In this document: positions 52,697-63,470 of the stretch, piece after piece
How the letters are laid out: each line of letters starts with the position of its first letter
How positions within the stretch are numbered: position 1 is the stretch's first letter
DNA from: Candidatus Krumholzibacteriota bacterium
GTDB taxonomy: Bacteria; Krumholzibacteriota; Krumholzibacteriia; JAJRXK01
NCBI GenBank assembly: GCA_024276305.1
Contig: JAJRXK010000058.1
Location: 104,692 to 168,691 of the forward strand
Length of the DNA: 64,000 nucleotides
Direction of reading: 5' to 3'
The notes under the pieces: model-generated
Database searches by the model: none
What the model was told of the DNA's origin: nothing
Seen by the model: the letters and a program-made list of their open reading frames with translations, nothing else
Position numbers and translations under genes: made by a program

Positions 52697-52724
52697 AGAA
52701 GCCCCCGCAGATCCCTGCGGGGGC
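52697..52724 (-). terminator. Terminator-like hairpin closing the atp operon
   Basis: GCCCCCGCAG-ggat-CTGCGGGGGC then TTCT on the minus strand, 26 bp after atpC. Confidence 0.65.
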
Positions 52725-52750
52725 CGACTACTCATCACTCGAGATCGATT

Positions 52751-53182
52751 CTACTTGCCGCGCAAATAGGCCACATGAATCCGGGCTTCGGCGCGTTCTT
52801 TCGCGCGTCGCGCTCGGTCGGCATCGATGCCTTCCTCGCCGGCGAGGGCCTTGGCCAGCATCTCTCGAGCTCGTTCCAATGCACGTTCCGCTCGAACGGT
52901 ATCGATTTCGGCCGCCTGTTCCGCGTTGTCGACGAGGAGGACCATTTTGTTGTCGCTGACTTCCGCGAATCCTCCCCCCACGGCATAGAGTGCGGTAGGG
53001 ACCTCGCTCGGCCCCTCGTGAAGAGTCAACGAGCCGGGGACCAAAGCCGCCACCATCGGCGCATGATTGGCCCACACCCCCAGATATCCGCCGTCCCCGG
53101 GGAGAGTCGCACTGCTGACTTCCCCCGAGTAAACCGTCTTCTCCGGAGTCACGATATCGAGCTGATAGGTCTTGCGAGCCAC
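52751..53182 (-). CDS. atpC: ATP synthase epsilon subunit
   Basis: LDIVTPEK, GYLGVWANHAP, VGGGFAEV, EID..RAE. Confidence 0.95.
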   Translation of the reverse strand: MARKTYQLDIVTPEKTVYSGEVSSATLPGDGGYLGVWANHAPMVAALVPGSLTLHEGPSEVPTALYAVGGGFAEVSDNKMVLLVDNAEQAAEIDTVRAERALERAREMLAKALAGEEGIDADRARRAKERAEARIHVAYLRGK

Positions 53183-53212
53183 CGGTGCTCACTCCCGTCG
53201 AAAGAATGTCTC

Positions 53213-53243
53213 ATGGGGGGCGAGTCATCGACTCGCCCCCCAT
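53213..53243. other. Perfect 14-bp hairpin between atpD and atpC
   Basis: ATGGGGGGCGAGTC-atc-GACTCGCCCCCCAT. Confidence 0.75.
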
Positions 53244-53253
53244 AGCTTGGACC

Positions 53254-54687
<1,434 letters not shown>

Positions 54688-54700
54688 TCAAAACACGATT

Positions 54701-55564
54701 CTAACCGAGGGCGTCGGCCCCACCGACGATCTCGCTGATCTCCTGGGTGATCGCTGCCTGTCGCGCGCGGTTGCGCACGAGAGTGAGATTGTCGATGAGC
54801 TCGCCCGCGTTGTCCGTGGCCGCACCCATGGATGTCATGCGAGCGCCATGCTCGCTCGTGAATGCCTCTGCCAAGCCGGTGTAGATCTTGTTCCGCACCG
54901 ATTTGGGCAGGATGGCTTCGAGTACTCGCTCTGCCGACGGCTCGTAGAGGTAGTTCTTCTGAGAGTGCTGCGCACCTTCACCCTCGAGCTCTTCGGTGGT
55001 CATCGGCAACAGCACTCCACGCACCGGACGCGAACTCAGCGTGGAAATGAACTTCGTGTAGACGAAGACGATTTCCTGGTACTGATCGCTCAGGTAGAGG
55101 TGCATGACCTCGTCGGCGATCGCGGTGAAACGCGAGAGATCGATGGTTCCACCCAGATCGTCGATGACCTTCAGGATCGGCCACCGCCGACGCTTGAAGT
55201 AGTCGTTGCCCTTGCGACCGACCAAGAAGAGCTCGGTGTCGGCATCGTTCAAGGTCTCGAGCCAGTGTTCCGTCTCGCGCAGGATCCCCGCGTTGTAGCT
55301 TCCACAGAGTCCCTTGTCGGAAGTGACCACGACCACCAGTCGCTTGGTCACCTCGCGTACCTCGAAGAACGGGTGCTCCACGGAAGTCCCCGCCAAATCC
55401 GCCATCAGGGCATCGAGCTTTTCCCCGTAGGGCCGAGCGGCCATCAAACTGTCCTGGGCACGCCGCAACTTGGCCGCGGCGACCATCTTCATGGCCCGCG
55501 TGATCTGCTGCGTGTTCTTGACCGACCGTATCCGGCGATCGAGTTCTTTCAGCGTAGCCGGCAC
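54701..55564 (-). CDS. atpG: ATP synthase gamma subunit
   Basis: ITRAMKMVAAAKL, DKGLCGSYN, RQAAITQEISEIVGG. Confidence 0.97.
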   Translation of the reverse strand: MPATLKELDRRIRSVKNTQQITRAMKMVAAAKLRRAQDSLMAARPYGEKLDALMADLAGTSVEHPFFEVREVTKRLVVVVTSDKGLCGSYNAGILRETEHWLETLNDADTELFLVGRKGNDYFKRRRWPILKVIDDLGGTIDLSRFTAIADEVMHLYLSDQYQEIVFVYTKFISTLSSRPVRGVLLPMTTEELEGEGAQHSQKNYLYEPSAERVLEAILPKSVRNKIYTGLAEAFTSEHGARMTSMGAATDNAGELIDNLTLVRNRARQAAITQEISEIVGGADALG

Positions 55565-55567
55565 GGC

Positions 55568-57082
55568 TTACTCCTCGACTCGAAAGGTCTTGTTGAAACC
55601 TTCGATCGCGGCCTCGAGGGCCTTGACCGTCTCGTCCTCGAGCTTGCCTGACTGACGAATGGCGTGCAAGGCGTCGGAACCGCTCTCGGCCATGTACTCG
55701 TGGAATGCCTTTTCGTAGCGCTCCACTGCCTCGACCGGAATGTGGTCTACAAAGCCATTGGTGACCGCGTAGATGATTGCAATCTGGCTTTCGACCGACA
55801 TCGGCACGTACTCGCCCTGCTTCAGAATGACCATGGTGCGGCGACCACGCGCCAACTGCGCTTGAGTGGCAGCATCGAGATCGCTGGCGAATTGGGCAAA
55901 GGCCGCCAACTCGCGGTACTGAGCCAGATCCAGGCGCAGCCTTCCGGCCACCTTCTTCATGGCCTTGGTCTGAGCGTTCCCCCCCACTCGGGAAACCGAG
56001 ATTCCGGCGTTCACCGCCGGGCGCTGCCCCGAGTAGAAAAGGTCGCTCTCCAGGAAGATCTGACCGTCGGTGATCGAGATCACATTGGTCGGAATGTAGG
56101 CCGAGACATCGCCGGCTTGGGTCTCGATCACCGGCAGCGCGGTGATGCTTCCACCGCCGTGCTCGTCGCTCAGCTTCGCCGCGCGTTCGAGCAAGCGGCT
56201 GTGCAAGTAGAACACGTCCCCAGGGAAGGCTTCGCGTCCCGGCGGACGACGCAGCAGCAGTGACAACTGCCGGTAGGCCTGGGCTTGTTTGGTCAGATCA
56301 TCGTAGAAGATCACCACATGCTTGCCCTGATGCATGAGATGCTCGGCCATCGCGCATCCGCCGTAGGGAGCGATGAACTGCAACGGGGCCGGATCCGAGG
56401 CATTGGCCGCCACGATGGTCGTGTACTCCATCGCACCGTGCGCCCGCAGCTTGCGCTCGACCTGGGCCACCGTCGATGCCTTCTGACCGATCGCGACGTA
56501 GATGCAGTACACGTCGGTGTCGCGTTGATTGATGATCGTGTCGAGAATGATCGCGGTCTTGCCGGTTTGACGATCGCCGATGATCAGCTCACGCTGCCCT
56601 CGTCCGATGGGAATCATCGAATCGATGGCCTTGATTCCCGTCTGCAACGGTTGGGATACCGGTTGGCGGTCGAGCACCCCCGGAGCCTTCACTTCGATCA
56701 GACGAGTTTCGTCGCGCGGGATCGGCTTTCCGCCGTCGATGGGGTCACCCAGGGGATCCACCACTCGGCCCAGCAGAGCATCGCCGACGGGCACCGAGGC
56801 GATCTCCCCGGTCCGCTTGACCGGGTCGCCCTCCTTGATCTGGCGATCATTGCCGAAAATGGCGACGCCGATCGAATCCTCTTCGAGGTTGAGCACCATT
56901 CCCTTGATGTCCCCAGGGAACACCACGAGTTCACCGGCCATGACGTCGGTCAATCCGTAGACTCGGGCGATGCCGTCACCAACCTGCAAGATCGTGCCGA
57001 CACTCTCGACATCGAGTTTCTCGCTGTATTGCTTCAGCTCTTGAGTGAGGACAGAGCTGATTTCCTCGGGTCGAAGCTTCAA
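55568..57082 (-). CDS. atpA: ATP synthase alpha subunit
   Basis: [33 protein letters not shown]. Confidence 0.98.
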   Translation of the reverse strand: MKLRPEEISSVLTQELKQYSEKLDVESVGTILQVGDGIARVYGLTDVMAGELVVFPGDIKGMVLNLEEDSIGVAIFGNDRQIKEGDPVKRTGEIASVPVGDALLGRVVDPLGDPIDGGKPIPRDETRLIEVKAPGVLDRQPVSQPLQTGIKAIDSMIPIGRGQRELIIGDRQTGKTAIILDTIINQRDTDVYCIYVAIGQKASTVAQVERKLRAHGAMEYTTIVAANASDPAPLQFIAPYGGCAMAEHLMHQGKHVVIFYDDLTKQAQAYRQLSLLLRRPPGREAFPGDVFYLHSRLLERAAKLSDEHGGGSITALPVIETQAGDVSAYIPTNVISITDGQIFLESDLFYSGQRPAVNAGISVSRVGGNAQTKAMKKVAGRLRLDLAQYRELAAFAQFASDLDAATQAQLARGRRTMVILKQGEYVPMSVESQIAIIYAVTNGFVDHIPVEAVERYEKAFHEYMAESGSDALHAIRQSGKLEDETVKALEAAIEGFNKTFRVEE

Positions 57083-57105
57083 GGCATTACTCCTTGTGAG
57101 ACTCT

Positions 57106-57660
57106 CTACTGGAGAGGGGCGGCCATGAGCTGCTTGCGCAGCTCGCCAAGAGAGGAACGAAGACTACCGTCGATGACACGATCTTCGATGACGGCAACCA
57201 CACCGCCGAGCACTCGTGGGTCGATACGGGTCTGAACGAGGCAATCCTTGTCGATCGTCGCATCGAGGGCGCGCTTGAGACGCTCTCGCATATCTGGCGG
57301 CAACTCGAAGGCTGTCGTCACCTGCACCCGCACTTGGTTGCGTCGCGCTTCGACCATGCGAGTGAATTCGTCTGCAATCTCCTCGAGATGATCGATGCGG
57401 TGCTTGTGGAGCAACAGCCGTAAGAAATCGAGGGTCTCGCGCTCGACTTTCTCGCCGAAGATCTTCTTCACGAAGTCGTGCTTGTGGGATTCAACGATGT
57501 TCGGACCTTCCAAGAAGGCCTTCAGCTGGGCATTGTCGGACACCAATGCGCTGATCGCTCGAAGCTCGTCGCAGATCGCGTCCAGACGCTGATCATCTTC
57601 GACTGCTCCGAGCAACGCCTCAGCGTAGCGGTTGGCGACGACTCGATCAGCCACGGACAT
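57106..57660 (-). CDS. atpH: ATP synthase delta subunit
   Basis: [23 protein letters not shown]. Confidence 0.94.
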   Translation of the reverse strand: MSVADRVVANRYAEALLGAVEDDQRLDAICDELRAISALVSDNAQLKAFLEGPNIVESHKHDFVKKIFGEKVERETLDFLRLLLHKHRIDHLEEIADEFTRMVEARRNQVRVQVTTAFELPPDMRERLKRALDATIDKDCLVQTRIDPRVLGGVVAVIEDRVIDGSLRSSLGELRKQLMAAPLQ

Positions 57661-58162
57661 CTCCCAGATCCTGAATGAAGGACTCCACGAGCTCGCGATG
57701 CTTCCGATCGTCGAGCTTTTCCTTCACGAGCTTCTCGGCCGCTGCCAGAGCCATGTCGACCACCTGGCTCCGGAGTTCCAACCGAGCCGCAGTGACCTCA
57801 CGAGCCAGGTCGCCCTCGGCCTTGGTGAGAAAATCACCGGCCTTGGCTCGGGCATCGGATTCCAGGCGCTGAGCGATTTCCTCGCCCCGCTTGACGGCCT
57901 CTTGAACCCGCTCCCGCTCGAGGCTCTTGATCTCAGCCAGCTTGGCCTCGTAGTCGCGATGCAACTGTTCGGCTTCGCCGAGCTTGTCCGCCGCGCTGTC
58001 GTAGTCCGCCTGGATCTTGTCCCGGCGACTGTCGAGCAACGACATGAGGGGCCCCCAGGCGTACTTGCGCAACACCCAGAGAAAGAGCAGGAAGGCAAGG
58101 ATATTGGTCGCCAGCAGCTTGATGATATCAGCTGGCCCCAACCCCTGTGTCAGTGCTTCCAT
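57647..58162 (-). CDS. atpF: ATP synthase F0 subunit b
   Basis: N-terminal TM, KYAWGPL...RRDKI, long coiled coil. Confidence 0.93.
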   Translation of the reverse strand: MEALTQGLGPADIIKLLATNILAFLLFLWVLRKYAWGPLMSLLDSRRDKIQADYDSAADKLGEAEQLHRDYEAKLAEIKSLERERVQEAVKRGEEIAQRLESDARAKAGDFLTKAEGDLAREVTAARLELRSQVVDMALAAAEKLVKEKLDDRKHRELVESFIQDLGDVRG

Positions 58163-58235
58163 CGAAACTCCCGTTCTTCGATCGCCGTGACGACCTCACA
58201 TCTACCCACAGACCGCGTCACGGTGCGGCACCGGA

Positions 58236-58263
58236 GGGAGTGAACTCCCAAGAGTTCACTCCC
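58236..58263. other. Perfect 12-bp hairpin between atpE and atpF
   Basis: GGGAGTGAACTC-ccaa-GAGTTCACTCCC. Confidence 0.75.
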
Positions 58264-58290
58264 CGGGTAGAAAACAGGTGATCGGTCGGA

Positions 58291-58515
58291 CTAGCCGAGC
58301 TTGCCCTGCAGAACGAAGACCGAAACGAAGGCATAGATGGTGAGGGCTTCGATGAAGGCCGCACCGATGATCATTGCGGTCTGGATCTGACCGATGGCCT
58401 CAGGCTGACGACCCATGGCTTCCATTGCGCCACCGACCGCCTTGCCCAAACCCAAGCCACTCCCGAGAGCGGCGATTCCCAGACCCAAGGGGAGAGAGAG
58501 TCCCAGAAGATCCAT
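58291..58515 (-). CDS. atpE: ATP synthase F0 subunit c (H+-type)
   Basis: GSGLGLG, RQPE, FIEAL; lacks the Q...ES/T Na+-binding signature. Confidence 0.96.
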   Translation of the reverse strand: MDLLGLSLPLGLGIAALGSGLGLGKAVGGAMEAMGRQPEAIGQIQTAMIIGAAFIEALTIYAFVSVFVLQGKLG

Positions 58516-58666
58516 TGATCTTTCTCCTTTTTTCTACCCGTTGCGTGACCGGCAGACCGAAGTCCTTCCGGCCACCGATTGTTGTGAGGCGACCTCTCGT
58601 CGCCTCCACCTTTGGGCCCACCGCCGGAGCGACCGGACCAAAACATTCTGCGGCAACTGCGACCGC

Positions 58667-59704
58667 TCAGTGCGCCTCGGCATGATCGTGATCATGGGGC
58701 AGCATCAGAGCAATGTACACCGCAGCCAGGAGCGAAAAGACCAGGGCCTGAATCGCTCCCATCATCAGCGACAAGAACATGAACGGAAGGTGCAGCGGCA
58801 GGCCGATCGGCAGACCGGTGGCGGACAGCACGACCGTTCCCAACAGAGCGAAGACCGCGAGGAGCATATCCTCTCCGAAGATGTTTCCGAAGAGACGAAG
58901 ACTCAGACTCAGCGGCTTGATGAATTCCCCGACCACTTCGAGGAAGAACATCAGAGGCGAGAGCATCCACCCCACCATGTCCTTGGGAGAACCAGCGAGG
59001 TGGTGCAAATATCCACCGATACCGTTGCGACGGATCCCGGTGTACTGCACGTAGAGAAAGATCACGATCCCCAACGAAATGTTGTTGAGGAAGGTCGAAG
59101 TCGGCGACTTGCCCAAGGGGATGAGTCCCGAGTAGTTCATCACCAGAATGTACACGAAGAGCGTGGCGATGAACGGAGCGTACTTTCGGCCGTCCTTCTC
59201 ACCCATCATGGTGCAGGTGATGTCCAGAACCTGCTCCACCAGGAGTTCGGCGAAGGCCTGCAGACGTCCGGGAATATCGCTCCGCCGAGAGTAGATCCTG
59301 CGTGAAAGCAGGGTCAACAGTCCGCCCGCGAGGAAGATGTAGAAGACATTCTCCCAGATATGCGAGTAGTGGACGAAGCTCCGGCTGAATGCATCGTCGC
59401 CGGTGAAGACGAATTGACGCAAGACCATGGGAAGATTGGGGAGTTCCATCGGCTCGTTGCCGTTGCCGTGGCCCCCGCCATGTCCCGCTTCACCGTGGTC
59501 GCCACTATCGTCGGTGGCCTGCTCCGGGTCGTGGACAGCCCCGTGCTCCACCGCTGCGCCGTGGCCCTCCGTGTTCCCATGTCCATCTTCCTGGTGGGCC
59601 GCGGGTTCGCTGGCCCCTGCGATCGCCGGCGCCAACGCCAGCACCAGAACCAACACCCAGACCTTGGAAATCGATGACATTGCTTGGCGAGCTCCACGCA
59701 TCAT
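58667..59704 (-). CDS. atpB: ATP synthase F0 subunit a with N-terminal signal-like and His-rich extension
   Basis: PGRLQ, KPLSLSLRLFGNI, IQALVFSLL. Start is 59704 or 59680. Confidence 0.95.
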   Translation of the reverse strand: MMRGARQAMSSISKVWVLVLVLALAPAIAGASEPAAHQEDGHGNTEGHGAAVEHGAVHDPEQATDDSGDHGEAGHGGGHGNGNEPMELPNLPMVLRQFVFTGDDAFSRSFVHYSHIWENVFYIFLAGGLLTLLSRRIYSRRSDIPGRLQAFAELLVEQVLDITCTMMGEKDGRKYAPFIATLFVYILVMNYSGLIPLGKSPTSTFLNNISLGIVIFLYVQYTGIRRNGIGGYLHHLAGSPKDMVGWMLSPLMFFLEVVGEFIKPLSLSLRLFGNIFGEDMLLAVFALLGTVVLSATGLPIGLPLHLPFMFLSLMMGAIQALVFSLLAAVYIALMLPHDHDHAEAH

Positions 59705-60156
59705 GAGGGATCCACCGTCCGAACCGACTGCCCGGGACCGCTCACCCGAGCGGCCACCATCTGCCCCGCGACCTTCAGAACGATGACCACCAGGGGCAGA
59801 GCCAAACCCAAGAGAATCGAGGGGGCAGGAAAATGACCCACGACCAACATCGCGATCAGAATCCCGTACAGAACGGGAATCTTCACGAGAACTCCCAGGA
59901 GCACGACCCGCAGCGGAGTGCCCTCGGGGCGAATCGTGGTCCGAAGAAGGCGGTCGAGGGTCCAGAGATTCGCCACGCTCCACAGCGAACAGGCGAGAAA
60001 GCCGAAGCCCCACCAGGGCCCGATGTAGACCGCGGTGGCCAAAGAGATGAAGAGCGCGAGCACGATTCCGGTGCGATGGACGCGGCCCAGGAACCCCGCG
60101 TCAATGCCAGCGGGGCCGTGGGCACGTCCTCGATCTGTAGGCTGTTCTGTGTTCAT
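59701..60156 (-). CDS. atpI: ATP synthase accessory protein I
   Basis: Four TM helices directly upstream of atpB, with overlapping stop/start. Confidence 0.75.
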   Translation of the reverse strand: MNTEQPTDRGRAHGPAGIDAGFLGRVHRTGIVLALFISLATAVYIGPWWGFGFLACSLWSVANLWTLDRLLRTTIRPEGTPLRVVLLGVLVKIPVLYGILIAMLVVGHFPAPSILLGLALPLVVIVLKVAGQMVAARVSGPGQSVRTVDPS

Positions 60157-60188
60157 GGCCAGGGGATCCGTGTGGGGTGCGTGTCCCT

Positions 60189-60488
60189 CTAGAACCGCGG
60201 GTTCGTCGCGCGGTCGTGTTCCCGCGCTTGTTTTTGCCGACGCTGCTCAGATTGCACCGCCTGCACGACTTTTCGAACGCTCGCCACACCACCCAGGACC
60301 ATCCCGCTGAAGCTCAGCCAGGGTTCGTGTCCGTAGCGTCCCTCGAGCCAAGCTCCTGCGAAGTAGCCACCGAGCAAACCGATCACCAACATGGTCGGTA
60401 GCGCGGTCCAGGTTCCGATACTTCTCGCGGTGGACGCTTTCTTGGCCAAGCGCGAGGGAGCGTCGGTTGGTCTGTGCTCATCGGTCAT
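60189..60488 (-). CDS. AtpZ/AtpI-family small accessory protein
   Basis: Two TM helices, GYFAGAWLEGRYGHEPW...LGGVAS; first gene of the atp operon. Confidence 0.8.
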   Translation of the reverse strand: MTDEHRPTDAPSRLAKKASTARSIGTWTALPTMLVIGLLGGYFAGAWLEGRYGHEPWLSFSGMVLGGVASVRKVVQAVQSEQRRQKQAREHDRATNPRF

Positions 60489-60566
60489 GAGAGGCCGCCT
60501 CGCCCAGGTTCCGTCGACCCGAGTCGAGCGCCTCGCCGGGCCCGATCCGCCCAGAGCGACCGGGGA

Positions 60567-60617
60567 AGTATAATTGCACACAACCCCGCGTCAACCCACG
60601 TAGGGGCCGTTTTTTTG
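60567..60617 (-). promoter_or_regulatory. sigma70 promoter of the atp operon with upstream A-tract
   Basis: Minus strand TTGACG (60594-60589)-N16-TATACT (60572-60567), with an A-run at about 60610-60616. Confidence 0.72.
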
Positions 60618-60630
60618 GATTTCGTGGGTG

Positions 60631-60704
60631 TGGTTGGCCGGGGAGGATTCGAACCCCCACAACTAGGACCAAAACCTAGTGTCCTACCCTTAGACGACCG
60701 GCCA
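60631..60704 (-). tRNA. tRNA-Gln (anticodon UUG), CCA encoded
   Basis: TGGCCGG acceptor stem (U1-A72), anticodon arm CTAGG-TTTTGGT-CCTAG, T-loop GGTTCGAATCC, 3' CCGGCCA-A-CCA. Confidence 0.96.
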
Positions 60705-60857
60705 CCCCACCGCGCCGGGCACCGCAGCTCGGATCGAGACCACGGCAACCCGCGTGCATCGGAAAGCAGAGTAACATCGGCACTAGCCATTCTGCCACCT
60801 CGAGTCCCACCCCCGACACTCCCCCGCACCCTCTCCTGGGTTCGGGGTCGAAGATCC

Positions 60858-61076
60858 TCACTGACTCAAACGAGCAACCAGTTGACGGAGCAGGAGATAG
60901 ATCAACGCGGCCACACCCACATCGATGGAGACCAGGGCCCAGATCCGGACGCCCTTGCGGGATCGCCGCCGAGCCTCCCACCGTTGGGCGAATCGAAATC
61001 GATGCTCTGAACCCTTCCGGGGGTGCAAGCGCAACCGCCGGGGGGTCTCGTCACCGTCCGAATCCTTCTTCTGCAT
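60858..61076 (-). CDS. Small basic protein with a C-terminal TM helix (hypothetical)
   Basis: GAGGGGAG RBS; fills an otherwise empty gap; Arg-rich N-terminus followed by a hydrophobic helix. Confidence 0.45.
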   Translation of the reverse strand: MQKKDSDGDETPRRLRLHPRKGSEHRFRFAQRWEARRRSRKGVRIWALVSIDVGVAALIYLLLRQLVARLSQ

Positions 61077-61167
61077 TGGCGGAATTCTCCCCTCTGCAGC
61101 ATCATAGGGGCGCAGTACGGGCTCGGCCAGGGCTCAGCCCGTCGTCCAGCACGACCGAGGGAGAATC

Positions 61168-61917
61168 ATGCGGCACCTCGACCTCCTGTTGATGCGGCAT
61201 CCGCACCTGCGCAAGATCGACTACCAGCGCCTGGTCCAGACTACCAAGGAAGACCCGGCCCAACACTGGGAAGCCTTCGTCGAGGCCTGCGCGCCGATCG
61301 TCCACACCATCGCTCTCCGTCTCGTGGCCCACGCTCCAGATGTGCGGTCGCGGGCCGAGTTGGCCACCCGAGAGGTTTTCGAGACCCTCCGGGCCAATGA
61401 CTACCAGATCATTCAGGACTACGTCGGGTACGGAAAGTTCCCGTCGTTGCTGGCCCGGCTGACCCAGCTGTCGCCCGCGGTGGCCGAAGTCCGCGCTCCC
61501 CACGAGAGGGACCTCGATCGACCTCTCGACGATCCCGATCGACCCATCGAGGTTCTCGACCCCCGCTACTCGGAACTCCTGGCCAAGGAGGGCGAGGCTT
61601 TTCTTCATGCCATGGAGCAGGCCTTGGGACTCCTGCACCGCATGGATCGGCTCATGCTGAGTCTCCGCTACGACCAAGAACTGACCTTGGCCGAAGTGGA
61701 CCAGATCCTGCGCCTCGGGAGTGCCCAACGCGTGGATTCTCTCCTGAACCGACTGGTCGCCAAACTCCAACCCCTGCGGGCATTGGCCGATGCCTGGGAT
61801 CTCTCCGACGAACAAGGTCAAGCCCTCACCCGCGTGGTCATCCACAAGGTCTTCGACCGCGGGAACATGGCCACTCACGACGAGGCCGCCGTCGCACCGG
61901 CGACCCAAGGACGCTAG
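61168..61917 (+). CDS. Sigma70/ECF-like protein with degenerate region 2 and region-4-like HTH
   Basis: WEAFV...ELATREVFETL..NDY.II.DY.G.GKF.SLL (sigma2-like) and L..L..MDRLMLSLRYDQELTLAEVDQIL (sigma4-like); GAGGGAG RBS. Confidence 0.6.
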   Translation: MRHLDLLLMRHPHLRKIDYQRLVQTTKEDPAQHWEAFVEACAPIVHTIALRLVAHAPDVRSRAELATREVFETLRANDYQIIQDYVGYGKFPSLLARLTQLSPAVAEVRAPHERDLDRPLDDPDRPIEVLDPRYSELLAKEGEAFLHAMEQALGLLHRMDRLMLSLRYDQELTLAEVDQILRLGSAQRVDSLLNRLVAKLQPLRALADAWDLSDEQGQALTRVVIHKVFDRGNMATHDEAAVAPATQGR

Positions 61918-61926
61918 GAGGATTCC

Positions 61927-62178
61927 GTGGCTGCACCGAAGAACTGGGGTTATTCCCGCGACGAATCCTTTGGCGACGAGATGCTGGTGAGTTGGACCGA
62001 TGGCGATCTCACGGAGATCCTGGCCAAAGAAGTGGTCGAACGCCTGCTCCGGCATCCCGAGGAACGTCAGCGAGTCGCCGAATGGGCTCGCGCCGCCCAC
62101 GCCTCCACCCGATTCCGCGGCAAGAACTGGATCGAGGATCCCCCCCGGGCGGTGGTCGAAGCCTGCAAGGCTCTCTAG
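61927..62178 (+). CDS. Small hypothetical protein (83 aa)
   Basis: Strong AGGAGG RBS and GTG start 9 bp after the previous stop. Confidence 0.65.
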   Translation: MAAPKNWGYSRDESFGDEMLVSWTDGDLTEILAKEVVERLLRHPEERQRVAEWARAAHASTRFRGKNWIEDPPRAVVEACKAL

Positions 62179-63158
62179 TCGTCCACGTTCCCGCCGAGGT
62201 CCATCTCCTCGAGGCTCGACTGCCGTCGACGATCCACTTGCAGGCGCAAGACATCGGGCCGGCCATAGTGCCCCGTCGCATCGAAGTTCTGCCTCTCTTC
62301 GCGGATGCGCTGGTGATCGAGTTCAGCGATGAGAAGCCCGTCCTCTTCGACGAGCGGCTCGCAGATCCACCCTCCGTCGGGCCCCGCGATGCAGGTCCCA
62401 CCGTTGGCCAAGAAGCTCGGAGCGTCGGCCAGGATGAGATCACGGTGCGGGGTGTCCTGCGGGATGTCCTCGGGCCGACACAGTCCGCTCACCGATACCA
62501 CGAAGCTGCGAGATTCACGGGCAATGAAGCGGGTGATGTCGCGGGTGTTGTGCTCCCCTCCCGGCCACAGACCCACGTGAAGATCCTCGCCCAGAGCGTA
62601 CAATGCGGTACGCGCCAGCGGCATCCAGTTCTCCCAACAGTTGAGGGTGCCCATCCGGAAGGCCTTCACTCGGTGGGTTCGAAGCCCGTGTCCGTCCCCC
62701 GGTGACCAGCTGAGTCGCTCCTCGTGAGTGGGCATGAGCTTGCGATGAACATTGGCGATCTCACCCCGATGGTCGATGGTGACCGCCGACGCAAAGACGC
62801 TGTGGCCCCCACGGTCCTGGGGGCGCTCGATGCACCCGATCACGATGGTGATCCGATTCCGGGCCGCGACCGCCTCCAACGACTTCAGATCGCCTCCTTC
62901 GAGGTCCACGGCCTGGTCGAGGTAGTGAGCGTGGAGTCTCTTCTGCACCGGCGATTCGAATCGAGCCCCATCGGTGCGCTCGATCCAGAAGGGATAACCA
63001 GGAAGGAGCGCTTCTCCGAAGACCACCACTTCACAGCCCTGCTGGGCCGCTTCCTTCGCCTGCGCGCATACTTTGGCCAGGGTTGCCTTACGATCCAGCC
63101 AAATGGGAGCGATCTGAACCGCACCCACCGTGAGCCGATCTTCGTCTCGAATGGCCAT
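62175..63158 (-). CDS. Nitrilase (carbon-nitrogen hydrolase, branch-1-like)
   Basis: FGEALLPGYP (Glu), HRKLMPTHEER (Lys), LNCWENW (Cys), FDATGHYGRPDV. Confidence 0.92.
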   Translation of the reverse strand: MAIRDEDRLTVGAVQIAPIWLDRKATLAKVCAQAKEAAQQGCEVVVFGEALLPGYPFWIERTDGARFESPVQKRLHAHYLDQAVDLEGGDLKSLEAVAARNRITIVIGCIERPQDRGGHSVFASAVTIDHRGEIANVHRKLMPTHEERLSWSPGDGHGLRTHRVKAFRMGTLNCWENWMPLARTALYALGEDLHVGLWPGGEHNTRDITRFIARESRSFVVSVSGLCRPEDIPQDTPHRDLILADAPSFLANGGTCIAGPDGGWICEPLVEEDGLLIAELDHQRIREERQNFDATGHYGRPDVLRLQVDRRRQSSLEEMDLGGNVDD

Positions 63159-63192
63159 GAGATACCTTCGGCGAGAACTCGCCCTCCACGGT

Positions 63193-63465
63193 CTAGGCCC
63201 GGAGGATCGTCCACAATCCAATGCCGATGAACCCGCTTCCGGCCACCCAGGACATCGTCCGCGGTGACACCTGTTGGCCCAACCACGCTCCAGCGACGAC
63301 GCCCAAGGCGGAGGTGGTCACCAGTGCCGCGGCGGCGGCCCCGAAGACCATCCACTTCCCGTGGCGCTCATCGGCGGCGTAGAGCATGGTCGCGAGCTGG
63401 GTCTTGTCACCGAGCTCCGCCACGAAAACGGTGAAGAAAACGACCAGGAATGCGGGAAGATGCAC
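63193..63465 (-). CDS. TMEM165/GDT1 (UPF0016) family half-size cation transporter
   Basis: Single VAELGDKTQLAT motif, three TM helices, 90 aa; GTG start. Confidence 0.88.
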   Translation of the reverse strand: MHLPAFLVVFFTVFVAELGDKTQLATMLYAADERHGKWMVFGAAAAALVTTSALGVVAGAWLGQQVSPRTMSWVAGSGFIGIGLWTILRA

Positions 63466-63470
63466 CGAGC

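Noticed and set aside
58291-58515. Na+-translocating or N-type ATPase
   Set aside because: Subunit c lacks the Q and ES/T Na+ ligands, atpH is separate and the gene order is canonical.
60560-60720. Genomic island at tRNA-Gln
   Set aside because: No integrase and no duplicated tRNA 3' end that I could find; the atp promoter follows immediately.
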